NCBI GenBank assembly: GCA_963675595.2
Contig: CAXXLZ010000001.1
Location: forward strand, 864,001 to 928,000
Direction of reading: 5' to 3'
DNA length: 64,000 nt
DNA from: Thermodesulfobacteriota bacterium
Lineage (GTDB): Bacteria; Desulfobacterota; Desulfarculia; JACQYL01
Under the pieces are notes generated by a model, which was given only the letters and a program-made list of their open reading frames with translations, did no database searches and had not been told where the DNA came from. Below, piece after piece: positions 28,855 through 39,141 of this stretch; the stretch's first letter is position 1, and the number at the start of each line of letters is the position of its first letter. The position numbers were made by a program, and so were the translations under genes.

Positions 28855-30736
28855 CTTGATGCCGTCGTAAGAACCCCCCTTTACGAACAGGGCTGTTTTT
28901 TGGAGCATTGGAAGTTCAAGCGGCCATTGCAACACTGCCAAGGTTACTGTCATCGTGACATAGGCTACAAAGACGACGGAAATTATCGTTGCTGCCTCCC
29001 TCTATCGAGTTGGAAAGGGCCTTCTTGGCCTTATCAAGGCGGCTCTGGACGAACCTCTTGATGTTGATGGCCAGGGCCTTCATGAAAACAGATAAGGTGA
29101 CCCGTTTTTTGCCTCGGGTCCACGATCGTTTCAATCCCGTGACCCGATCCGCTTCGGAGATGGTGGCCTCGATGCCGGACCGGATTTTGTAGCGTTCTTT
29201 GAAATCATGGCTTTCCTGCTGTAGTCTGCGCTTGGAGGTCGCCATGTCCTTGCGCTTGTACTTCAGTCGATAATTTCCGCCCTTGATCCGTTTTACCGGA
29301 CAGATGGGGAGAAATTCGCATAGGAGACAGTGCTCGCGGGAAAACACGGCTTCCACCGCTTTGCCGCGGTCAACGATCTTGCATTCAAGTGGCGCGTGCC
29401 CCCGGATACAGTAAACGACCTGGGTGCAGTCCTCGTTCGTTTCAAAGTCACTCAACTGCATCTTATTGAGATCCGGCGCTTTTCCGCAAGTCACCGGAGC
29501 GGTAAGCTCGACTCCGTGCTCGTGAGCTTGAAGGATGTTCTCGCCGCTGCCGTAGCCTGCGTCGGCGAACAACTCTTCGGGTTTGCGGCCCGTTTCCTCC
29601 AGGCGTTCGATAACGGGCATCACGTCTTTCTGGTCGCTGTCATAGGAAGGGGCCACGTCCACATCGGTGATCACCTGGAAGGGATTTTCCTTCACGCAGG
29701 TCTCCGTGAGGGAAGCCTTATATCCTTTGCCCTTGCGCCCATAGGTGGCGTCGGGATCCGAAGGATTCTGCAGGGAGTCCGCAGGGATTTCCTTGGGCTT
29801 CTCGAGTTCTGTTTTGTCGGGATCTCCCTCGGTGAAACGGCATTGCTCCGACAGTAGTCGGGCCATCAGCCGGTATTCTTTCATTCGGCTGATTTCCGGA
29901 TGACCTCGGAAGCGGTCCACCAGGTCGGCGAGATGGCGGGCGGACTTGTCCAGACGACGCTTGGCCCGCGATGATTTTGCATCGGCAAAATAGCCTGCGC
30001 GCTTCAAGTAGGCCTTGTCGTAAAGTCGGGGCAGTTTCTCATACAACTTGGGATGTTTCTTATGGAGCCGTTTCAAGAACGCCTCGATGGTGCGCGTAAA
30101 GAGCCCCAGACGGCTCAGATGAGCCATGTTGGAAGTGATCTGTGTGGAGTCCAACCGCTGTTTGTCCGTGCTAAGGGCCGCCGTCTCGATGATGGCGTCC
30201 GTGATTCCGGTAAAGAGGCTCCGCGCTTGCTTGTTGTCGGTAATCAAGGTCCGGAAATTGTGCAGGGTCTTCTGGCAGACGTGAGATTCAAAGGCGTTGA
30301 TGTTGAAGGCATATTGCCAACGCAGATCGAAGTCCAGAGCGCCCAAGACTTCCGCATCGGTCAGGCTGTTCATTTCCTTCAAAACACACGCTCCGACAAG
30401 GATGGCCACGGGTCTGTTGGGCCTGCCGTTGTCCTCACAGTAGAAAGGCCGGAAAGACTCCTCATCGATCATGGGAAGCACCAGGCGCCGGAACGGACCG
30501 GCCCACGTCTTCTCCAACGCCTCGATCCTGTCTGCGGGAAGGCAAATATCGTGGTCGAAAATGGTCTTTTGCGTTCTCTTAGGCCGAAACAAAACAACCC
30601 CCCTAAGGACCATATTATTAATCAAGTCAGATACTTATCATACAGGACCCAAAAGAAAGGTCAACCCATAAATGCCATTTTTATTCATATTTTCAACTAG
30701 ATACCTTTACGGAGAGGTTTTTACGAACTCATCAAG
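28855..30736 (-). mobile_element. IS1182-like insertion sequence, about 1.88 kb
   Basis: Terminal IRs CTTGATGCCGTCGTAAGAACC / rc CTTGATGAGTTCGTAAAAACC. Removing 28855-30736 restores hsdS. CTTG can be read as either IR or target duplication. Confidence 0.85.
28916..30625 (-). CDS. DDE transposase (DUF772 N-terminus, IS1182-like)
   Basis: FYCEDNGRPN, RLDSTQI, SLQNPSDPDATY, FADAGYG and YKIRSGIEATISE motifs; true start may be slightly downstream. Confidence 0.88.
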   Translation of the reverse strand: MINNMVLRGVVLFRPKRTQKTIFDHDICLPADRIEALEKTWAGPFRRLVLPMIDEESFRPFYCEDNGRPNRPVAILVGACVLKEMNSLTDAEVLGALDFDLRWQYAFNINAFESHVCQKTLHNFRTLITDNKQARSLFTGITDAIIETAALSTDKQRLDSTQITSNMAHLSRLGLFTRTIEAFLKRLHKKHPKLYEKLPRLYDKAYLKRAGYFADAKSSRAKRRLDKSARHLADLVDRFRGHPEISRMKEYRLMARLLSEQCRFTEGDPDKTELEKPKEIPADSLQNPSDPDATYGRKGKGYKASLTETCVKENPFQVITDVDVAPSYDSDQKDVMPVIERLEETGRKPEELFADAGYGSGENILQAHEHGVELTAPVTCGKAPDLNKMQLSDFETNEDCTQVVYCIRGHAPLECKIVDRGKAVEAVFSREHCLLCEFLPICPVKRIKGGNYRLKYKRKDMATSKRRLQQESHDFKERYKIRSGIEATISEADRVTGLKRSWTRGKKRVTLSVFMKALAINIKRFVQSRLDKAKKALSNSIEGGSNDNFRRLCSLCHDDSNLGSVAMAA

Positions 30737-31038
30737 CTTGGATACAAGTCTTTCCAACCTCACCCATTCCCACCCCTTCGGCAGTTCGTAGGGCAATTCT
30801 TCCGGCTTGATGGGCGGCAGAGGCTTGGGCTTCTTGATCTTACCGGCCTTCACCAACCGCTGTTTTTCGGCTTCAATCTTTTTCAGCAGTTCCGATGCAG
30901 GCGGGTCATTCGGGTCCTGGGGAACCAGCCTGCCTTGCATGGCCAGGGTCAGAATCAGCTCGCGCAGCTTCTTGACGCCTTCCGGTGCGGCAAAAGCGGT
31001 GTCGAAGTGCGTTATCAGCAGGTTGCGGGCGGCTTCGG

Positions 31039-32085
31039 TCATGGCTCGCCCCCCTTCTTGCGCGACGCCTCGATCTTCTTCAGTTCGGCCTCGGCCTCGA
31101 CAAAGTGTTTCTCCACCTCGGTCGGCTCTTCCAGTTGCCCGGGATGGAATTTTTCAAATTCCTCGTGGGCCTTGCGCAGGGCCTTGTCGTGGCTGATCCT
31201 TCCTGCATGGGTGAGGATGTCGCGGCCGGAAAGCTTGAGAAAATCGTCGAGCTTGCCGATCCAGTCACGCATGGTCATGGCCTTGCGCTGGATGGCCTGC
31301 AGCTCGGCAAAGTCCAGGTAGAGGGTGACGATGCGGTTGAGCAGGTCCAGCTCCTCGGCGGTCAGATAGTTCTTGGCGATCTCGGCTTCGCCTTTGCTGA
31401 TGCGCGACCCCACCCAGTTGGTCATGCCCATGTTGGGTTGCGTGGCATCGACCCGGCTGTAGATCACCTCGGCGGCGGTCTGTCCGTGCGCAGCCCAGTG
31501 CATCTTGTTCTGGATGATCTTGAAAAACTCACGGGAGACCTCGGATTTCGGGTCGTAATCGATACTGGTGGCGTAGATGTCCAGCACCTTGCGCCAGAAG
31601 ACCTTTTCCGAGGAGCGGATATCCCGAATGCGGGCCAGCAGCTCATCGAAGTAGCTGCCGCCCCCCGCCTTCTTGAGGCGCTCATCGTCCATGGCGAAAC
31701 CCTTGACGATGTACTCCCGGATCCGTTCGGTGGCCCAGATACGGAACCGGGTGCCTCGAAAGCTGTTGACCCGGTAACCGACCGAGATGATGGCGTCCAG
31801 GTTGAAGTATTCGACTTGGTAGGTCTTGCCGTCGGCGGCAGTTGTTGCATGTTTTGCAACAACTGCATCGCGCGCCAATTCGCCGCTTGCGAAAATGTTC
31901 TTCAAGTGCCGGCTGATGCCGGACTTGTCCACGCCGAACAGCTCCGCCATCTGGTTGAGGCTTAGCCGGACGGTCTCGTTCTGCAGCCGGGTTTCGAGCC
32001 GGATGCGGCCGTCTTCGGTCTGATAAAGCAGGATTTCGGACTGTCCATCCTGTCGAGTCGGCAGATTCGATTCTTTCCTGCTCAT
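31039..32085 (-). CDS. rhuM: Virulence RhuM family protein
   Basis: LYQTEDG...QMAELFGV...YFNLDAIISVGYRVNS...FRIWAT...KGFAMDDERLK...RIRDIRSSEK. Confidence 0.85.
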   Translation of the reverse strand: MSRKESNLPTRQDGQSEILLYQTEDGRIRLETRLQNETVRLSLNQMAELFGVDKSGISRHLKNIFASGELARDAVVAKHATTAADGKTYQVEYFNLDAIISVGYRVNSFRGTRFRIWATERIREYIVKGFAMDDERLKKAGGGSYFDELLARIRDIRSSEKVFWRKVLDIYATSIDYDPKSEVSREFFKIIQNKMHWAAHGQTAAEVIYSRVDATQPNMGMTNWVGSRISKGEAEIAKNYLTAEELDLLNRIVTLYLDFAELQAIQRKAMTMRDWIGKLDDFLKLSGRDILTHAGRISHDKALRKAHEEFEKFHPGQLEEPTEVEKHFVEAEAELKKIEASRKKGGEP

Positions 32086-33548
32086 GCTTTGCCCCCCAAA
32101 CAAGCCGTCAATTCGTCCTTCAGCGCCTGCTGCGCCGCTTCGAGCCGGCGGACGATCTCCCGATACTCGGCCATCAGCTCTTCCGGGTCGCGGTGGTTCA
32201 CCTCCACCTCGTGCGGGTTCTTGCAGTCGAGGTTGTGATTGCGCTCGACCAGTTCCTTGGCCGAGACCTTCCAGGCATGCTCGGTGGTCTTGCGGCCTTT
32301 GCGTGCCTCGCCGCCCCACCAGGCTTTTTCCCGGTCGAATTCGGCAATGGTCAGGGGTTTGGAACGGGAGTAGGATTTGTACCCTTCCGGGTAGGGATGT
32401 TCGAAGAACCAGACGTCCTTGGTGGGTCCGCCCTTTTCGAAGAACAGAATGTTGGTGGCGATGCCGGTGTAGGGGCTGAACACGCCCTTGGGCAGGCGCA
32501 CGATGGTGTGCAGGTTGAATTCTTCGAGCAGTTCGCGCTTGAGAGTGGTCTTGACGCCCTCGCCGAACAGGAAGCCGTCGGGCAGCACCACGGCGGCCTT
32601 GCCGGTATCGTATTTGAGCAGGTGCATGATGAGCGCCATGAACAGGTCCGCAGTCTCACGAGTCTGGTACTTGCGCGGAAAGTTATGCTCAATGCCGTCT
32701 TCTTCCATGCCGCCGAAGGGCGGGTTGGTGACCACGAGGTCCACCCGGTCGCGGGGGCCGTAGTCCTTGAGCGGACGGCTCAGGGTGTTGTCGTGGCGGA
32801 TGTTGGTGGGCAAATCGATACCGTGCAGCATCATATTGGTCACGGCCAGCATGTGGGGCAAGGTCTTCTTCTCCACACCGTGGATGGCGGCCTGCAGCCG
32901 CCTGCGGTCATCGTTGTTCTTCACCTGTTTGTTCAGGTGCTCGATGGCGCAGGTGAGAAAGCCGCCGGTGCCGCAGGCCGGGTCGAGGATGATCCGGCCC
33001 AGCCGCGGGTCGAGCATATCGACCATGAATCGCGTGACCGCGCGGGGCGTGTAGTATTCGCCCGCGTTACCGGCCGACTGCAGATCGGAAAGAATCTTCT
33101 CGTAGATATCGTTGAACAGGTGCCGGTCGCCGGACGAGTTGAAATCGACATTCTCTTGGATGGTATTGATCACCTGGCGCAACAGGGTGCCGGACTTCAT
33201 GTAGTTGTAGGCGTCCTCGAACACCGAGCCCACCACCTTTCCGTGGGGTGAGACGCCTGCGGCGGTGGCCAGTCTTTTCAGCGCCGGGAAAAGATCGTTG
33301 TTGACAAAATCGATGAGCTCCTCACCGGTCATGCCTTCCGGGTTCTTGGCCCACCCGGACCAGCGGAAGCGGCCTTGCAGAGGCGATTTGTAGCCGGGTA
33401 CGGTGAGCCGCCATTCCTGCTCCTTGTCGTCGAAGATTTTCAGGAAAATGAGCCAGACCATCTGGCTGATGCGCTGGGCGTCGCCGTCCACGCCGACATC
33501 CTTGCGCATGACGTCTTGGATTGACTTGATGAGTGTGGTCAGGGACAT
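32082..33548 (-). CDS. hsdM: Type I R-M N6-adenine methyltransferase subunit
   Basis: GEYYTPR, DPACGTGGFL and NPPFGG motifs. Confidence 0.95.
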   Translation of the reverse strand: MSLTTLIKSIQDVMRKDVGVDGDAQRISQMVWLIFLKIFDDKEQEWRLTVPGYKSPLQGRFRWSGWAKNPEGMTGEELIDFVNNDLFPALKRLATAAGVSPHGKVVGSVFEDAYNYMKSGTLLRQVINTIQENVDFNSSGDRHLFNDIYEKILSDLQSAGNAGEYYTPRAVTRFMVDMLDPRLGRIILDPACGTGGFLTCAIEHLNKQVKNNDDRRRLQAAIHGVEKKTLPHMLAVTNMMLHGIDLPTNIRHDNTLSRPLKDYGPRDRVDLVVTNPPFGGMEEDGIEHNFPRKYQTRETADLFMALIMHLLKYDTGKAAVVLPDGFLFGEGVKTTLKRELLEEFNLHTIVRLPKGVFSPYTGIATNILFFEKGGPTKDVWFFEHPYPEGYKSYSRSKPLTIAEFDREKAWWGGEARKGRKTTEHAWKVSAKELVERNHNLDCKNPHEVEVNHRDPEELMAEYREIVRRLEAAQQALKDELTACLGGKA

Positions 33549-33574
33549 GTTGGTGTTATTTCCATTTCAATTCA

Positions 33575-35950
33575 TCAGGCGCTGTAAAGCGCCTGTTCCA
33601 GTTCGTGTACGGCCTGCCGGTATTGATTCGGTCCGCCGAAGGTTCGGACGATTTCCAGCGGGGTGCCGAAATCGGTAAAGGGGGCGATGGTGAGGATTTG
33701 CGTCTCCTCGATTTGGGACACGCCTTCATCGGCGTATTTGTCGAGCAGGGCCTCCAGCACTCGGCGGGCCTGTTTGCCGTAGCGGGTGAAGTAATTGCGT
33801 TTCTTCACCCGATCGGCTCGCTCTTTTCGGGTGAGAGGCGGCATGTCCCAGGCGACATGGCAGACCAGGTCGAAGGGATCGAACACCTTGTTCGACCGGC
33901 GACCGATTTCATCGGCCAAGGCGTCGAAGAACACGCCTTGCTCGGCCAGTTCGTCGATGACGGCCTGTTTCTTCTCAGCGCCGCTCCAGCGGCGCAGGAA
34001 ATCGTCGAGCGAAGCGTATTCCTTGGCCAGGGCCTTGCGGGTGTAGTCCTTGAGGGATTCGGTGATCAGTTTGCCGTCGGCGTCGAAGTACTGCACCCGT
34101 TCGGCGACCACCGTGACTTCGACGTCGGCCACCACGTAGCGGCGAATACGGGAACCTTCTTCCTCTCCGGGGTCGGCGACTCCGGTCCAATCCGAGCCTT
34201 CACCGGGCTCCGGAAAGGCGACGCCTTCGTCGGCTTCATCGGAGAGGTCCGGAGGCACCGGAGAACCATTTTCATCGGGTTCGTAGATCTGTACCGGGTC
34301 CCCGTCGAACTCCGGATCGGCAAACAGCTCGGTGGCCTTCTTGAAATCGAGGATGGTGAAGTAGTACTTGCCGTAGTCTTCGTTGATGCGGGTGCCTCGC
34401 CCGATGATCTGCTTGAACTCGGTCATGGACTGAATGCGCTGGTCGAGCACGATGAGCTTGCAGGTCTGGGCGTCCACGCCGGTGGACATCAGCTTGGAAG
34501 TGGTGGCGATGACCGGGTACTTGCTTTCCGGGAAAATGAAATTGTCGAGCTCGGCCTTGCCTTCCTCGTTGTCGCCGGTGATGCGCATGACGTACTTGCC
34601 GTTCTGCGCTGTGAGGTCGCCGTTCTCGTTTACCAGTGCCCGACGCATGCGTTCGGCGTGATCGATATTTTCGCAGAAGACGATGGTCTTGTCGAAGCGG
34701 TTGGTTTGCTTGAGGAATTCGGTGATCTTCTTGGCCACCAACTCGGTGCGCTTCTCCAGCACCAGAATCCTGTCGAAATCCTTTTGGTTGTAGACGCGAT
34801 CCTCGATCTCGTTGCCGTATTTGTCGAGCATGCCTTTGTCGGGTCGCCAGCCCACCAGGTCCTTGTCCAGATCGATACGCACCACCTTGTAGGGAGAAAG
34901 GAACCCGTCCTCAATGCCTTGCCTGAGCGAGTAGGTGTAAACGGGGTCGCCGAAGTAGTCGATGTTGGAAACCTCCTTGGTTTCCTTGGGCGTGGCGGTC
35001 AACCCGATCTGGGTGGCGGAGGCGAAGTATTCGAGAATCTCACGCCAGGCGGAATCGGCGGCCGCGCTGCCCCGGTGGCATTCGTCGATAACGATCAGGT
35101 CGAAAAAGTCGGGGCTGAACTGCTTGTAGATGTTCTTCTCTTCTTCGGCGCCGGTCACCGCCTGATAGAGCGACAAGTAGATTTCGTAGGATTTGTCGGC
35201 CTGACGTTTCCGGATCTTGGTCATGGCCGAGCCGAACGGCTTGAAATCGTTGGTCATGGTCTGGTCGATCAGGATGTTGCGGTCGGCGAGGAAGAGGATG
35301 CGTTTCTTCGCCTTGGACTTCCAAAGCCGCCAGATGATCTGGAAAGCGGTGAAGGTCTTGCCGGTGCCCGTCGCCATGACCAGCAGGATGCGATTTCCGC
35401 CGCGAGCAATGGCCTCGACGGCTTTATTAATGGCCAGTAGCTGGTAGTAGCGTGGGGTTTTGTCGCCGGCGTCGCTGTAGTAGTCCTGTGTAATGAGGGT
35501 GTTTTGCCGGTCGTTCAGACCACGGTGTTCCGCCCACCGTTGCCACAGTGTTTGTGCGGAGGGGAATTCGTGCAGGCCGAGTTCCCGCTCGATGATGCCG
35601 TCGGACGCGATCTTGTCGTGGAACAGGAATCCGTCGCCGTTAGAGCTGAACACGAAAGGGACTTGCAGCATTTCGGCATAACCCAGCGCCTGCTGCATGC
35701 CGTCGCCTACGGTGTGATTGTTGTCTTTGGCCTCGATGACGGCCATGGGGATGTTCGGCTTGTGGAACAGGACATAGTCGGCCCGTTTATGTTTGGCGCG
35801 GGTATGGAGCTTGCCGCGAACGATAATGCGCCCGTTGGTGAGAGGGAATTCTTCTCTCACTTGAGTTGCGATATCCCAACCGGACCGTTCCAGGGCGGGT
35901 GTAATGAACTTGGTGCAGATATCGCGCTCGGAGAGTTGCTTCTTATTCAT
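33575..35950 (-). CDS. hsdR: Type I restriction endonuclease subunit R (EcoAI/EcoEI family)
   Basis: ADYVL..VIEAK nuclease motif, [22 protein letters not shown] and EcoEI_R_C-like C-terminus. Confidence 0.95.
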   Translation of the reverse strand: MNKKQLSERDICTKFITPALERSGWDIATQVREEFPLTNGRIIVRGKLHTRAKHKRADYVLFHKPNIPMAVIEAKDNNHTVGDGMQQALGYAEMLQVPFVFSSNGDGFLFHDKIASDGIIERELGLHEFPSAQTLWQRWAEHRGLNDRQNTLITQDYYSDAGDKTPRYYQLLAINKAVEAIARGGNRILLVMATGTGKTFTAFQIIWRLWKSKAKKRILFLADRNILIDQTMTNDFKPFGSAMTKIRKRQADKSYEIYLSLYQAVTGAEEEKNIYKQFSPDFFDLIVIDECHRGSAAADSAWREILEYFASATQIGLTATPKETKEVSNIDYFGDPVYTYSLRQGIEDGFLSPYKVVRIDLDKDLVGWRPDKGMLDKYGNEIEDRVYNQKDFDRILVLEKRTELVAKKITEFLKQTNRFDKTIVFCENIDHAERMRRALVNENGDLTAQNGKYVMRITGDNEEGKAELDNFIFPESKYPVIATTSKLMSTGVDAQTCKLIVLDQRIQSMTEFKQIIGRGTRINEDYGKYYFTILDFKKATELFADPEFDGDPVQIYEPDENGSPVPPDLSDEADEGVAFPEPGEGSDWTGVADPGEEEGSRIRRYVVADVEVTVVAERVQYFDADGKLITESLKDYTRKALAKEYASLDDFLRRWSGAEKKQAVIDELAEQGVFFDALADEIGRRSNKVFDPFDLVCHVAWDMPPLTRKERADRVKKRNYFTRYGKQARRVLEALLDKYADEGVSQIEETQILTIAPFTDFGTPLEIVRTFGGPNQYRQAVHELEQALYSA

Positions 35951-36808
35951 CTGGCCGACTCCCCCTGTTTCTTTTTCCGTGCGCACAAGATTGCTCAATC
36001 GGCCCCTGCGTCGGCCGATTCGGCGCCGCATCGGCTTGCTCCAGACGATGGACCTCGGAGGAATTCGCCCCAGGGGTCTTCTGTCCGTTCCCGCTCAAAT
36101 GTCGGCTCTTCTTCGGAGGCGAGCAAGGATCATTCAGATTTATTCGACAATATACCGTCCGCTAGGCGGGATGCAAAATGAAATCCTTGGACGATCCGAA
36201 AGATTGCTCACGATTCCGAAGGCTAGGCGCTGTGAACACCTATGGAAAGACGAGACTGACATGAGCCTGAGAGAAGTATGAGAGGGATCCGAAGCGGGGG
36301 AGTGACCTGATCTATACTTTGTTGGCGTAACCAAGCGTTACCGGATCATATGAAGGTATATGTCTTTGAAATGCCTATATATTGTCGTTTTCATGGAGAC
36401 CGATCAGTTGTTTCCTTTCATCGTCGGAAAGCAAGATGGGTCGATCGTGGGTTCGTGTTGAAAAATGGGTCTGGAGAAAGCCCCTCAGGTTCTTGATCTG
36501 CGGATCCGTTAGGTAAGGATATGAAGCCAGCGCGATTTTGAGTCTTGACGGAAGATACAGTGAGTGAGGGCTCTTGGCTCCTCCTTATCTCTTGTTGAGC
36601 CGCTCTGAGAGGTTCTCAAAGGTGAATCGGCGGCCCGTAATGGGTATCAGATTTCGTCCATCGAGAATGGATATAAGCTAGGAAGGAACCATGTTCAGGA
36701 GAGGTGGAATGGCCTGGTTCCGGAACTATCCGCAGGCTGATTTGACCATATTGTGTAATGGGGATATATTGTAGAGAATCCCTTCCGTCTTCTCAGGAGT
36801 CTGGTCAC

Positions 36809-37681
36809 ATGGACCTGAGGACCCTTCTGCTAGCCGGTTCCGCAGTATCGGCCAATTTGTCGCTTGCCATGCTTTACTTGCTTGCGACGGGACGCAGCTA
36901 TCCGGGGTTCGGCTTATGGACTGCGGGGGTGATAGCCGTAGCCGCTGGAAACACGCTGATCGCGTTGAGGAGCCAATTGCCGGAAGCGATATCGATTCTT
37001 CTGGGGAACGCACTGATTTTTCTCGCACTATACATGTTTCTTTTCGGGTTGAATCGTTTCGTCGGGCGCAGGACCGAACAGTGCCGGGTTATCCTGCCCT
37101 TGATCGCCGCTCTCTCGGTGTTGTTCTATTACTGGTTTGTTTCGCCGGACTTGAGAGCTAGAATTCTTGTCGTGTCGTTTGTAATTTGCGCCTATCTTAC
37201 GGTGGGTTGGTTTACGGCCTTCCGGCATCTACCCAAAGTAATGCTTAGGGGAGAAAATCTTCTTCTCATCGGCTTCGGTATCTTTGTCGCTTCCACGTTT
37301 CTGAGGCCGTTGGTCGTTCTCTTCCGACGCAGCACCATGTCGGATTTAATGAGTGCGGGAGGATTCGAGCCTGTCGCCGCTCTTGTGAACATACTGGGCG
37401 TGGTGACGTTGGTTCTCGGAATGATCAAGATCAACCAGCAACGACTTGAGGAAGAATTCCGACAAGCACGAATCAAACTCAACGCCTTGGAAGGTCTTCT
37501 ACCGCTTTGTTCCCATTGTGGAAAGATCAGGGACGAGCAAGACGAGTGGCACTCCTTCGAAAATTACTTGCGTCTGCATTCAAAAGCCCAAGTTACTCAT
37601 GGGCTTTGCCCCGATTGCACACGCCTCCTATACCCCGATATTGCGGACTCCGCGCTTCAGGAACTCGCAGAAATGAAATAG
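36809..37681 (+). CDS. Multi-TM membrane protein with C-terminal CxxC-KIRD...HGxCPxC putative zinc-binding domain
   Basis: About 7 hydrophobic helices, a coiled coil, then LPLCSHCGKIRD...THGLCPDC. Confidence 0.75.
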   Translation: MDLRTLLLAGSAVSANLSLAMLYLLATGRSYPGFGLWTAGVIAVAAGNTLIALRSQLPEAISILLGNALIFLALYMFLFGLNRFVGRRTEQCRVILPLIAALSVLFYYWFVSPDLRARILVVSFVICAYLTVGWFTAFRHLPKVMLRGENLLLIGFGIFVASTFLRPLVVLFRRSTMSDLMSAGGFEPVAALVNILGVVTLVLGMIKINQQRLEEEFRQARIKLNALEGLLPLCSHCGKIRDEQDEWHSFENYLRLHSKAQVTHGLCPDCTRLLYPDIADSALQELAEMK

Positions 37682-39141
37682 GGTTCGTCTGCCGGACAAG
37701 ACTCGTCGGCGACGGGTTTGTTGCCCCTATTTGCTTATGGCGCGTCAAAAGCGTTTCTCTCTGTCCTCCGTTGTTAAAAAGGCCTGAGCGGTGAGGCGCA
37801 ATGGACACCCGGAACGCACTTTGCGAAATGCTTAAAGAATGTAAAGTCGAAGGACGAAGTCTATCCGACATCGTGATCTATATTAAGAGAAAACCGCAAT
37901 CGCGTCGTCCGTCCTGCCGTTCGTCGGGTGGTGATAGCGGAAATCGGACAATTTCGAGATTCCAGTCCCTTTTTGAAAAGCGCACATTTGCCTGAATCAC
38001 CTTCGGTTTATTCGCCGGTTTTTGTAAAAAGGCACTTGACAGCAATGTGTTTATCGTTTACGCATATGATGCAATCCAAAAAAACAGGCTGACGCACTGA
38101 AGTTGATGACCCGCCTTAATGTCGCTGACCCAAAGGGGCGCAAAATTGCGGATCTTTCTTTCAGTAATCCATGGCTGCGGAATCATCGGACTGACGTGCC
38201 TTCGCAACTATGCGGCATCGTTTAAGGCACCGAGGTCTTCACCGAAGGACTTGCTTCGGATACCGGTTGCGGCATGGACACTGTTTTTCAGGACGTGGAT
38301 GAAATCGATCACATCTCCTGGAACATATCGGAATCCCCACCTTTTGTTAAAATCGTTCCCATCATTCAAAGAATATTTTCGGCGAAAACGCGACTATTCC
38401 CGCCAAGAAGTCATCGTTCTGCTGAAGAATCAGGATCGCAACTTATTAATCAGGAAACCGGAGAGAGACTTCGACGCTCTGTGTTTTGTAGCCTCATCCC
38501 ACGGGGAAGTAGGCGCTGAGCTCCTTAACCTGAGGGGGCCGGAACTTTCATAGCGTCACATGTGGAAGACTTTGGAGAGAGTTTTCCTCTTTACGTTTCT
38601 CCCGAAGGTCGCCTGTCGAATCGTATCGGTGCTCGCAGAGAGCTATTGAGATGCGCGTCGTTAGGGGTGTTGTGCATCGGAGCTCGAAGTCGGCCTCAGC
38701 GGAATCGGCAGGCCTCTTTTCATAGACGCGCACCTGGTTCGGGAGGGCACGGCAACCACCGGCCCCTGAACGGTCGCAAACGCTTCATCCACGCTCTCAG
38801 CGGTAGCCGGGCCTATCTGTTCCTCTGGAAACCGACTCGGCCGCTCTTCGAGAGCAAGGGAACCGGTTTCGGTTTTTGGGTGAGCGAAAAATCCACCACA
38901 GAAGGGAAGTGATAGAAACGAAGATGGGAACTGAGAGTCGTCGGTCTTACAGCGAGAGCACTCTAATCTGAATTCTTGCTGGAATCGTTGCTGTTAGACA
39001 CTGTTAACGCCTGTTGAGTCAAACCTAAGTCCGAAATTCCACTCGAAACGTAGCATGTTGATCCAATGTATGACCCAGTAGATTAACAGCGTTGGGGGTT
39101 GTAAGAAAACCATCTTATTCACAAGAATGAGGGGAGTACAA

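Larger units (their letters stand above)
27451..31042 (-). pseudogene. hsdS: Type I R-M specificity subunit (EcoAI-like arrangement) interrupted by an IS1182-like element
   Basis: 31042-30737 and 28854-27451 join in frame (WVRLERLVSK|IGSGSTPRGG) to give about 569 aa; two PPLPEQHRIVAK and two LVPQDPNDPP conserved blocks. Confidence 0.9.

Noticed and set aside
27451-28953. Stand-alone 500-aa HsdS
   Set aside because: Its first 33 residues derive from the IS end; the true N-terminus is at 31042-30737.
33533-35440. 635-aa plus-strand ORF
   Set aside because: Antisense shadow of GC-rich hsdR with no recognisable motifs.
35951-36808. tRNA or att site at the defence island boundary
   Set aside because: No cloverleaf, direct repeat or integrase recognised.
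38748-38820. c-di-GMP-I (GEMM) riboswitch-like words (GGCAA..GGTCGCAAA..GGTAGCCGGG); similar words near 38135-38190
   Set aside because: The GNRA tetraloop/receptor and stem pairing could not be established by eye; needs an Infernal scan.
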